A stretch of 64,000 nucleotides of DNA from Candidatus Omnitrophota bacterium. Its GTDB lineage: Bacteria > Omnitrophota > Gorgyraeia > Aquiviventales > Aquiviventaceae. The position numbers were made by a program, and so were the translations under genes. This document shows positions 42,801-54,800 of the stretch, piece by piece (within the stretch, counting starts at the first letter, position 1; each line of letters begins with the position of its first letter). The notes beneath the pieces are model-generated. The model worked only from the letters and a program-made list of their open reading frames with translations. It made no database searches and was not told where the DNA came from. The stretch is from assembly GCA_016180575.1 (NCBI GenBank), contig JACPAY010000003.1:106154-170153 (forward strand). The letters are read 5' to 3'.

Positions 42801-45800
42801 CAGCGCTGGATCTCGGCCCGCGGGATGGGGCTCACCAACAGGTAGATTTTGTGGCGCGCCCACTCATCCATCCAATCCCGTCGGCCAGCCTGTCGCTCAA
42901 TGCCATAGTAGTCGCCCATCCACTCGGCGAAGGCGTCACGGATCTCCAGCATCCCCTGTAGGGTCGGGAAGATGGAGGGGTTGTGCTCATTGAACCACTC
43001 CACCAGCCGCTGCTGGGACGCCGGGCTCGCCTGGCGCCAGGCGCCAAGGTCCGTCTTGGCGTCCATGATCCGCTTGAGCACCCCGTCCGATGCCTGGTCG
43101 GCTCGCCGCACCAGCTCCAGTTCTTCCCGGGTCACGATGCCCGCGGCGAGCAGCCGGGTGATGAACTCCGAGCCTTCGCGCGCAAGCTCTTCCCGAATCA
43201 CCTGGCCGAGCGCAGAGCGGTACTCCGGCTCATACGATCCATCCCTCAACAGCTCGAGATTGGTGACTGAGAGGCCCCGCTGTGCCGCAAGCTCCAGCAA
43301 TCGCTGCCGTTCCTCCGCCGACAATGCGGCGATCCACTCATTGATGAAGAGGAGCGGCCTGCCTTCCTGCTGCATGACCCGATCCATTCGTTCCAGGATG
43401 TCCCGCTCGGTCTTCGGATCCACCACGCCGGGGTCCTGGGCCAGGAGGCGGGTCAGGGTCGTTTCCAGATTGACCGAGAGGATCCCCTCGAAATCCGTGG
43501 CGATGGGCTCCATGCCGATCGGCAGCCAGAGCGTGACGCTGGGCATGTCAAGCAGGGGCGGCAGCAGCCCCGGGACGTCGTCCTGCTCGTCCCGCTGTCG
43601 CCGCTCCTCCACCATCGCCGCGCGCCGCGCCCGCAGGTCCTGCCGCTCGTACCAGCCGCTGACCAGCCCCTCGCTGAGGTACATCGAGGCCCACTGGCTG
43701 AGGAGCACCATCATCTCAAGGAGGAGCAGGCCGACGGTGAAGCCCAGGACCTGGAGAAACGGCGACAGGGTCCAGAGGTGATCGATGTACTGGTTCCCCC
43801 AGTACATGAGGAAGGCGTTCCACGGCAACCACAACAGGCCGATGCGGACGAGCCCCGCCACGGTCGTCCTCGCGCTCCCGGGGGCGCCCCACCCGGACCA
43901 GAACTGCAGGGCGGCCCTGACCACCCCGAGGCCGCCGTACACCAGCATCAGCGCCGGGACGAGCACGAGCCCCACGCCCATCAGGCCAAGCCCGACATTG
44001 GACACCTGCCCGTAGAGAATCGCTGAGAACGCAAGCTGCAAGAGCCCCGCAGCGACGTGCACGGCGATCAGCTTCGGCCCCAGCCAGGAGGTCAGGATGG
44101 TGGCAAAATCCGATTTGCGCGCCACCACCTCCTCGCTGAAGCGGAGGAAATGGCGGATCTGCTCCTCCCGGCTGCGGGTTCTCGGCAGCGCCTCGCGGAC
44201 CACCTCCCACGCTTCGCGCGCGACCGCGCCGCCGATGGCCTCCGCCTCGGCGCCTCCCTGCTGGTGCTGGAAGTAGAGGTTGAAGGCCTCATCCGGCTGG
44301 AACTTCCACAGGTTCATGATGCGCAACCGGCGCGCGAGCCCGTAGCGCCGCGCCACCCCGCTGAACAGACGGACCAGCGCCTCCTGGCTCTGCCTTGCCT
44401 CGGTGCCTGGGGTGGACGGGCCGAAGAGCGCCTGGAGCCGCGCCAGGTTGGCGGGGGAGAGCTTCGCCTTGCTGGCCCACCGCGCGAGGTCGTTGGCCGT
44501 GAAGCCGCTCCAGCGGCCCTCTGCTGGGTTCCAGACCTCGAACTGGAGCCCCTTATCCGCGATCGGGGTGGAGGCAAACCGCAAGGTACCCAGGTGGCCG
44601 AAGCCCAGCGCGAACTTGAATCGTTCCCAGAGCCGCTTCCAGACGCTCCCAATGGCGCTGACCGGAACCGGGGTGATGAACTGGTTCATCATCTCCACCA
44701 GCAGGTCGGTGAAGTCCTGCCAGAACGCGATGTCGTCCTCGATGGCGGTGCCAAAGATCCGGGCCGCGCCGGCCAGGTCGCGCGAGCCGTGCGGGTCGTA
44801 GGCGTCCCAGAGCCGCTCCGTGAGCGTCTCGATGAAGGGCGTCTCCACGGCGATGTCCCGCTTCGGATGCCCCCAGGCCCCGGCCTGCTCCTCCACGAGC
44901 TGGCGCAAGGTCAGGTGCACCACCTCGTCCCGGCTGGGGAGCCGGCCCTGATGGATGATCTTGAAGATGTTGCGGAGGATCGAGTCGCGCGTGCCCGGCC
45001 GCCGGTCCGGATGCTGGACCAGCGTGTCGACCAGCGCGCCGACCTCGGCGCCGTAGACGCGGTCCATGACGTCCAGGAAGATCGCATCGTGCAGGAGCGC
45101 GACCAGCCCGTCCTCATCGTAGAGCCGCGCTTGGTGTCCCGCCGGGATGACTTCGCGGCCGCCCACCGAGAGGCCCTGCGGGACGCTCAGGGTCCAGCCA
45201 TCGCCGTCACGCGTCACCTGGTAGCGCTGGGCCAGGTCATCCAGCGTGATGCCGCCCATCTCGGCGAGCCTGGCGGCGGTCACCCCGTACGACAGCACCT
45301 CGACCAGCTCGTCCCGGCCATCCTGGCCTTCCTGCACCTCATTCACGTACCGCAGGACCGGCCGATCCGCGACCTGCGTCCGGGGCGGGCGGCGCGTCAG
45401 CAGCCCCTCACGCAGGGCGGCGCGATGCGCGGCGCTGCTGAGCGGCAGCCCGGCAACGAAGGCATCGACCGCCTGCGCCAGGCCTTCGCCCGGCAGCACA
45501 TCCGCCGCGGCCGGGCCGGCCTGGCGGGCCGGCCGCCCGGCGGCCCCGGGACCTGCACCCGTCCCGGCCGGCTCGGCCCCCGCCCGCGTCCGGCGCCGGC
45601 GGCGCCACAAGGCGAGCGCGCCCCACCCGGCCGCCGCGCCGGCGCCGAGGACGCTCAGGATGGCGATCGCCCGCACCAGCCGCCCATCCTCACGCCCCAG
45701 CCATGCGGTGGGCGCGGCGGACCGGTCGGCGATCGCCACCTCTCGCACTGCGGCCTCGTATGCCGCTCCCCCGCCGAACTGCGTCGGCATGACGCCCAGG

Positions 45801-48800
45801 TCGGCCAGCTGCACCGCCAGGAACGTGACAAGCGACCAGCGGTAACCGGACCCGCCGGGCGACACCGCATCCGAGCCATGGCCGGATGCCAGGCCGTTGA
45901 CGTGCCAGGTCCCGGGCTCATTGCCCTGGGCCGCCGCGTACACCGGAAGCCGCTGGTCGAAGCGGCGCGCGTCCTGCGCCGCGAGCTGGCGCATCATCGC
46001 CGTGACGCCGTCGCGGTACATGGCGGCCACGTTCGCGTAATAGTGGTAGCGGAAGCGATGGGTCCGCGCGCGCAGCCGCGCCGCAGCCTCCCCCAGCTGC
46101 TGGCGCTCGCCCGCCCCAAGCGCCGCAGCCCGCAGCCGGGCCTCCGTCCGAATCAGCGCTTCCTCATCCGAGCGCATCGCATCCCAGAGCTGCTGGGGGT
46201 CGGCCGCCGCCTGCCCGTCCGGCAGGGTGAGCGGGGCATCCAGCTCGGGATCCCTGGACCGCCGGGCGTCCGTGTAGGCCTGCGCGTGCCGCCGCATCTG
46301 GTTCTTCGCCGCGGCGACCAGGTACGCGGACTGCTCCCCGAAGATGGCGCCGCCCTCCACGCGGCCGAACGGCACGTTGAAGTCGCTCCCCGGGACCCCG
46401 TTGACCGAGACGCCGAAGAGGGCCAGGGCCCGCTCGAAGAGCCGGTCCGGGTCGATCGGGGCGCGGCCCAGGGCCGCCAGATGCCGATTGACGTTCTGGT
46501 AGAACTCGGGGCTGGCCGCCAGGAACCAGGACACCGGGTCCGGCGCGAAGTTCCCGTCATGGGTCACGCGCCGGCGAACCGCGCCCCCTGCGTCCCGCCA
46601 CTCCAGCTCCATGACGCCCCGGTTCATCATGTGCCGGACCGGGTCGAACCCATAGAGGGCAACCCACCGCTCGAGGGCCGCCTGGTCGTCCGCGTACTCG
46701 GTGACCCCCACACGCTCCCAGGCGTCGAAGAGGTACCACATGTCCTGGTTCTCCTCGACCGAGTGACCCCGGAAGGCAACCTTCTGGACCGTGACGTCGG
46801 GCCGGGTCTCCGCCGGCTGGACGTAATAGCCCCGCACGTCCCACCGCGCCCCGCCCACGGTCACTTGCTGCTCGGACCGGTACTCGCGCACGAGGGTCTC
46901 CGTGATCTCCCGCGCCCGCGCGCGCGCCCGCGCGCCCAGCGGATCCCCCTCGCCGACGGCCCGGCTGAACTCCAGGAGCGCCATGGCCACAAAGGCGTTG
47001 TCCCCGACCCGGACCGTCCGGCTCACCGGATCCCACAGCGGCCGATGGTTGCGGAAATCATAGCCGCGCTGGTAGAGCCGGTGCCGGTTGGTGAACAGCT
47101 CCTCCTGCAGCAGGACGTCCACGATCGCCCGCGCCGCTCCCCATTGCTTGAGCGCAAGCTGCAGCTTGAGGTCCATGGCGGTGACGAAGACGTCGAACTG
47201 GTTCGGGACGTCGCTGCCGGCATGCGCGGGCCGCACGACGGGATCGGCGAGCAGCCGGTAGCTGCGGCGGATGTCGTCCCTGGCGTACCGGTCGTCCGCC
47301 ACTGCCGCCGGCGCCGCGCCGGCCACGCGCGCCCGATCGATGGCCGCGCGCTGGGCCGCATCGGCGGCCCAGGGGACCTTCACGACGCGCTCGAAGAGCG
47401 CCCACGGGGCGGTCGAGAACGCCTCGATGGCCTTGACCGTGTCCTCCGGGCTGATGGACGCATGGACCTGGCTGGCGGGCCTCACATCGTTGAACCAGTC
47501 GGCCAGCCGCCGCCCGCCGAAGTAGGTGTTGTCCATGTTGTTCTTCAGGACGTTCCGGATCGTCGCCAGGGAGATGCTGACGAGATCGTTGGCGTCCGGG
47601 TGCATGTGCGGCAGCCGGATGTGCGACCCGATGAGCCGCTCGCGGATCACCTCCGGATCCAGCTCGGTGGCCTTGAACAGGTCTGTCTGCGGCACGGTGG
47701 TCTGGGGATCGATGAACGTCATCGCCGTGTAGGTCTCGCGCCGGTTCGTCGCCGGGTCGACCCGCTCCTCCTGCCGCAGCAGGATGACCGTGTAGTCGAT
47801 CCCGGAGTAGTAGTTGACCATGATGTAGGGCCGTTCCCCGTCGTGCCCGTAGTACATGCGCACGAGATCCCGCCGCTCCGTGCCGCCTTGGAGGCGGTAG
47901 CGGTACTCGAACACGTCGGCCACCCGCTGCCCGTTCGCCAGGGTGCCGCGGTAGGTAATGGCGCCGTTGCGGTCCTCGCGGTGCCAGAAGAGGCCGTTCC
48001 CCTGGCGCCACACCCCTTCGGTCCCGGCGGCGCGCGGCGCAGGCATCTGCCAGATCGAGACGCGGTCCCGGTCCGGGGCGACCGGGCGGCCGTTGATGGC
48101 GCCGGGAGCCAGGGGGCCGACCGCAGGGGGCGCCGCCGGCAGCTGGCTGCCCACCGCGCGATCGCGCCGCCGGTCGCCGATGACCCCGACGGGGCTGGCG
48201 AACACCTCGCCCTGGCCGCCGCCCTCCACCCGGTACGTGATGATGAGCTGGCTGGCCTGTGAGAGGTCGACGGGGGCGCCGCCGAACGGCGCGTAGCGGC
48301 TGAACGTGCGGCCGATCTTCTCCAGGAACGACAGCTCCCGCCCGGGAGGCGCCAGATCGCCCTGCCGGACCCGGTCCAGCGAGAGGATCCGGACGAACTG
48401 GTTGCGCAGGTCCTCGTAGGGGAGGATCGGCGTCGCGACGTGGGTGGGGGCGTTCGGGTCGTCGCGCATCGGGTTTTGCGAGGTGACGAAGTCAACGTCG
48501 CGCGTCGTCCCATCCCTGAACCGGAGCTGGGCGGTGTACGTGACGCGGGCGCGCGCCGCCGTGTAGGTGTCAGCCAGATGAACGGTCAGGAAGCTGAACG
48601 GGGACAGATTCCCCTGGTTGAGCCGGGTGAGGTCGTAGGTGATGGTGCCCTGCGGCTGGCCGGCGGCCCGATAGAAGGCAAGCGGCGTATCCTCGGAGCG
48701 CAGATAGAAGGTATGGGCCTGCCCGGCGGGCTTGTCCAGCGTGGCCTCGAGCAGATGTCCGTGCTCATCGTAGAGCCGCCGCGCATCCCAGAGCTCGCGG

Positions 48801-51800
48801 CCAAACACGCTGTGGTAGGGGCCTTCCTGCGCGGAGAGGAAGAACCGTCCGCGGGACGGCCACTGCTCCGCCGGTTCCACCCCATGCTGCGCGACGTCGA
48901 GGACTTGCTCGGTGAGCAGCGTCGTGAGGGCGACGGCCCGACCCCGGAGCGCCTGGTCGGCGTCCTGCGCGAGCGAATGGAGCGCCTGGGACAGGGCGGC
49001 CAGGGCCTGCAGCTGCTCGTTCACCAGCAGCCCGTTGAGCTGGAACTGCCATTGATCCCTGAGGCGCTGCACGGCGCGCTCGGCCGCCTCGATCCGGGCC
49101 AGGTCCGCCGCACGGCCCCTCAGCGCCTGGCGAAGCCCGCGGAGCTGCTCGAACACGAGGGCCAGGTGTTGCGGCTGCGCATCGAGACGGAGCACCCGCA
49201 CGCGGCTGCGCACCCCCGAGGCGTCATACTCCAGCTCCGACCTCATGCCCTTCACGAGATCCTCCTGCACGACCAGGCGCCCGTCGTGGCGCGTGTCCCG
49301 CAGCCACTCGAACGGCACGCGCTGGGACGGATCGTCCAGCCAGAGCTTCGCCTCGCTCACCGCCTGGAAGACGAGGCCGGTCTCTGTCTGCACGGGTCCG
49401 TATGACATCGTGGCGCGCGACTCCACGACCCGCGTCCGGAGCCACGGGTCAAACTCCACCTGCCGCCAGTTCGGGTCGGTCTTCCCGTACGGGTCGTACG
49501 TCGGCACGGTCTGGCTGAGGTAGATGCCGCTCTGGATCCACTGGCTCACCGAGCCCTCCCAGGGAAAGCGCGCGTCATAGACCCACAGCTCGGGCGCGCG
49601 CCCGGCATTGCGCCCCTGCCGCGTGTACAGGTAGAGGTGCTGGCCCGGCTCGAGCCCGAGGAGCGCCTCCGTGACCCGGATGCCCGCCGCCCTGGCCTGT
49701 TCCACCGTGGCGCGCTGCAGTGTCATCTCCGGCTCCAGCCGGCCGTCGGGATGGATGAGGAAGTCGCGCTGGGTGAGCTTGATCTGCGTGCCCGGCTCGT
49801 ACTGGTTCAGGGTCAGCCGCCAGCGCCCGCCGCCTCCGACCGACGCGTCGAACTGGAGCGCCGCCACCGGCTTGCCGTGGGACTGCGCGAGGGAATCGTA
49901 CAGCTCGTAGCTCACCATGCCCAGCGCGGACGGCCCGCCGCTGGCGGCGCGGTTCTCCCGCCTCACCACCGTGTAGGGCACATTGGGCAGCCGCCCGGCG
50001 GCCAGGATCGCGGCCAACCGTCCCGGATCCTGGCCGGCGGTGATCGACGCGGGATCGACGTAGGCGGCCAGGTCGGGTGAATGGCCTGTGAGCCGGAGGA
50101 TGACCTGGGCGAGCGTGCCCTGCCCGTCCTGCGTGGAGACCGCGAACGGTTCGGCGTCTCCGAGGCGGCGGGCGCTGCTGCGGCGGATGGAACCGTAGGC
50201 GTCGCGCTCGGACACCACGACGTGGCGAACCTCGATGCGCTGGCCGTTCTCCATCACCGGAAAGGCCCGAACTTCCACAGGGGGACCCCAGCGCGCGTTG
50301 TAGGCGGCTCCCCGCGGCACGTAGGTCAGCCACTCGGCATTGAGGCGGTTGTCGTGGACGCGGAAGGCTGAGAGCGGCGTCGACGCGCTGATCCCCAGCC
50401 GGCGCATTTCCTCCGCCGTCAGCCCAAGCTCGCCGGCCGTCGCTTGGCCGATTGCGGTCACCAATTGATTCTCGAATGGAGCGCGCGGGGACGAGCCCGG
50501 CGGCGCCTGGTCCGCCCCTGCGCCCGGCGGGGCGGGTGCCCCTTGGGATTCCGCCAGCGGCGCGGCGTCCAGCAGCGCGCTGAAGAGCTGCTCGGCACCC
50601 GCGGCGGAGGCCATCACGCCCAGGGGCGCCGGCTCTCGGTCGGCCTGCGGCCTTCCCGTCGCCGCGGGCGCGCGGCCCGGCGCAGGCGGCAGGATGAGCG
50701 ATGGCCTGGGGGAGAGGGTGACGGGCGGCACCGATGACGGGTCATTCGAGAAGGTCCGGATGGTCGTCGGCTGCTCCCCGTCCGGGTCGCGGCGGAAATC
50801 GTAGGTGTAGTAGGCGGCGGTGCTCATCGGGCCGAGGCCGGAGATCCGCAGGACGGGCACGCCGCGGCTCTTGCCGCCGCGGATATCCAGCACGTCCCAC
50901 TGCACCTCGCGCACGCTCCCATCGGCGCTCAGCACCTCGGTGTAGAGGAACTGGACGTCGGCGTCGCGCGCAGGCAGCCGCGACGCGGGAAAGCCGGTTT
51001 GCCGCGCGTACTGCTGGCGGGTGAGCTCGCGCACGCGAAGCACCGTGGCGAACTGGCCCGGAGCGATTTCCCGCCGGACGGCGTAGGGCGTGCGGCGGCC
51101 CGTGTCCGGATCGACCCGCAGGTCCACGATGTCGCCGGAGACCACCTCGTCCACGTCGCCCGTCTCCACGTTCACCCGCTGCGGGATCCGCGCGCCGGTG
51201 GCGAGGTCGGTCATCGTGAGCCGCATCATCCGGCCGTCCTGCTCGAAGGCGGCGGGCCCGAAGACGCGGACGACCCGGCCTCGGCGCTCGATCACGGGAC
51301 GGCCGTCAGGCGCGAAGCCAGTCACCACTGAGGCGGTCCGGCCGCGGGGGACGCTTCCCGGCGGCGCCACCGCCGGATCGAGGTCGGTGAATAGCGGGAC
51401 CGGCACATCGGAGCGGGTGTCATAGAACGTGCGCTCGCCGCTCGCGACGACCGTCCGGCTGAAGAGCCGCGGCAGGCCGGCGACCTCCTCGATCTCGTCG
51501 ATGAGCTCCGTGCCGTCCAGGAGCACTTTCGGGATGCGGTCGCGGCCTTCCGGCGTCACCCGGATCTGCTCGCGGCTCGGGATGGCATGCGTCCCGGCAT
51601 AGAGGTACGGCGGCGGTTCCGACAGCCGCTCGACGGCGGTGCCGAGCAGCTGCCGGCTCTTGCGGGCGGCCACGCGCTGCGCGAAGTGCAGCCGCTCCAG
51701 CTGCCCCATCGGATCCTCGCCGAAGAAGACGGCCTCCGCCGTGCCGGCGGCCGCGAGGCGCCACTCAAAGGGCCGGCGGGCGAGGGCCTCGAGGTCCGCG

Positions 51801-54800
51801 GCCAGCGCGCTGGTCTGCGGGGCGCGGGCCCAGCGGTCGAGCACCGACGCCAGCGTCCCCGGCTCGCGGGCCGCCTGCTCCAGCTCCTGCACGAGCCGCG
51901 GGCGCTGCGGCGGACTCAGGTCCTGCCGCTCGGCGATGAGCCGCCGCGCCGCCCCCAGGTCCAGGGCGCCGCGGATGAACTCCTCTTCGAAGCGGACCGG
52001 CCGGCCGGCGATCGCCTGCAAGGCCGTGTCCCGGGCCTTGGCTCCGGCGGTCACGGCCCGCTCGAGCACCTGCCCCGTTGCCGAATCGAACCGGAGCCGC
52101 ACGACCCCGCCCTCCCGCACGAGCGCCGTCCAGGCCTGGAGGCGCTCGCGCAGCCGCCGCGCCGCATCGGCCGCTTCCGGCGAGCGGCCGGGCAGCTCCA
52201 GCATCCGCTCGAGCGCGCGCAGGGCATCAAGGAGCGCCGCCTCGCGTCCGGCGGATTCCCGGGCGGTCAGGCGGAACGCGTCGCGCTGGGCCGCCCGCAG
52301 CTCCTGGCGCGGGAGGCTGGTCGCCGTTTCGAGTTCCACCTCGGCCCACGTCCGCTCAGCCGCCGTCAGCGCGACCCGGGCGTCGCGGGCCTCCTGGGCG
52401 CTCGCCGCCGCGTCTGCCGCGAGCCGCAGCCACGGCTCGCCCAGCACGCCCGCTTCGGGAACGGCGCGCAGGTCCTCGAATGCCATCGCCCAAATCGGCT
52501 GTTGGGCCGGCGCGGCGTCCGCGCGGAACGCCTCGCGCAACCGACGTTCCTCCGCCGCCACCTCGGCCTCCCGGGCCCGGAATCCCGCGTCCAGCACCTC
52601 GCGTCGGGCCGCCGCCGGCGCCTCGCGCAGCGCGCGCTCGACCGCCGCCCGGGCCTCGGCCTCGGGGCGGCTCATCTGCGCCAGCTCCAGCTCAAGCGAT
52701 TCCAGCTCGCTCCCCCGCCGCTCGGCCTCGACGGCGTCGCCGCGGTTCTCCGCCGACGGCAAGAGATCGCGTTTGGCCGCCTGCCGCGCCCGCCGGACGG
52801 CCTCCCGCTGAGCCTGGAGATCCATCAGGCGCCCGAGCCGCTCCCGCAGCTCGGCGAGCGCCGGCCGCTCCTCAACCGAAGCGGCCTGCAGGCGCTGGTC
52901 GACCGCGAGCCATGTCTGAGCCGCCAGCAACTCAGGACCTATCTGAGGTGGCGTGGACTCGACTGCGGCGCGCAGCGGCTGCGCCTGCTGGTCGAACGCC
53001 TGCACCAGCCGGTCGCCGAGGAGCCGCTCGGCGAGGCGCGCGGCTTCCGGCGCCAAGCCGGCCAGCCAAGCGCCCAGCCGCTGATGGAACCGGCCCAGGC
53101 GCTCCTGCACCGCCAGGGCGGCGATGGCGCGGCTGCGCTCGACGGCCGGGACCGCCTCCTCGTCCAGGATCGCCCGCGCATCCATGGCGGCCAGAATCTC
53201 GCCCTGTTCCTGCTCCAGCGCCGCCAGCTCCGCGCCGTCGGCGCCCGGGATGGCGCGCAGCTCCTCGAACGGAAACGGCAGAGCCGGCGACTCCACGCTC
53301 GTCCCTCTGCCCTGCTCCTCGCGCCGCTGCCTGGCCCCGGATTCGGCGGCCCACCGCCTCGCCTGCTCGGCGGCCTCGCGCGCCTCATCCACGCGGGCGG
53401 CCAGCTCCTGCCGCTCGGCCTCCGTGGAGCCGCCGCGCGCCTTGGCCTGGTCCAGCCGCCAGCTCCAGAGCCAGACGCGCCCTCTCGCGCGGCCCAGCCG
53501 GTCCTCGGCGCTCGACGGTTCGGGACGCCGGAACCACGCCGCTTCGATCTCGGGCCGCACGCGGTCGATGAAGGCGGCCGGCGGTTCCGAGGCGCCGCTC
53601 GGCCGGCCCGCCGCCACGGGGGCTCTCGACTCAAACCAGCTCTCCGCCACCCGATCCGCCGCCTGGGCGTTCGCCTGGAGCTGGCCGCCGGCCAGCACCT
53701 GGCGGAGATACTCCTTCAGCTCCGCCACCCCGTCCTGGTAGATGCTCAGGAACCGCACCTGGCTGTTCAGCAGCTCCGTCAGATGCCGCAGGGTCTGGTC
53801 GAGGCCGTGGTCGGCGATCCCGGCCTCGAATCGCAGCGCCGCCCGGTCAACCGCGTGCCGCTGCTCGGCGATGCGGGGCGCGAGCGCCGCGAGCTCGCGG
53901 GCGGCGTCGTTGATGCGTCGGCCCACCTGCGTGAGGTGGTGGCGGGTCTGCTCCTGGTAGCGGGCGAGATCGCTCTCCGCGATCTGCAGCTGCTGCCGAG
54001 ACGCCGCGCGATACTCGCTTTGGGCCGCCGAGGAGACGGGAATCAGGACGTGCCCGCCGCCCAGCACCCGCCGGACCAGCTCCCCGTTGTCAACCAGATG
54101 GGTGGCGGCCAGACCCGCCTCGACCTGGAGCTGCTGGAAGGGCGCCGCGGCTCTCGTCGCGTCAGCCGACGCCTCGCGGAGGAGGCTGTGCCGGTGCTGA
54201 TAGCCGGAGAGCAGGGTCATGCCCTGGAGGAGCGCATCGGAGAGGCCCGCGGGGACGTCTTTCGGGGCCTCAAGCGCCCAGCCCGCCACGAGCCGGTCGA
54301 CGCTGAACGACCCGGAGGATGCCTGCGGCGACTCCGCCAGCACGGACGCCAGGAGGATGCGCAGCTGCTCCTCGGCGGCGCGGCGCTCGAGGTCCGCCAA
54401 CGCGGCCGCCTCCTCCGCGTTGGCGAGCGCCTCCTGGCGCGGGCGCTCATCCGACGCCCCCCGGCGCAGGACCGCCTCCTGGGTCTGATAGCTCGCCATG
54501 GCGTCCCGCGCCAGCCGCAGGCGCTCCTCGGCCCGCTGCAGCGTGTGCCGGGCCACGTAATACCGGGCCACCGCGGAGGACAGCTCCGCGCTCGCGATGG
54601 AGCGCTCCTGCTCGACCGCCGCCCGCGCGGTCTCCTCGCGCGCCAGGGCCACGGCGACATCCGACCCGCGGGTGGCATCGACCCACCAGCCGGCCCTGAG
54701 CGACACGCCGCGATCCAGGACGGCAAAGGGCCCCTCGGGGCTCTCGATGTTCGCCGACCGATGGCTGCCGACGGTCACGCCCTCCCCGCCGAAGGCCGCC

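Noticed and set aside
44057-48262. 1,401-aa + strand ORF
   Set aside because: Same reasoning: an antisense shadow of ORF1 with R/P/G/D-rich, junk-like composition and no motifs.
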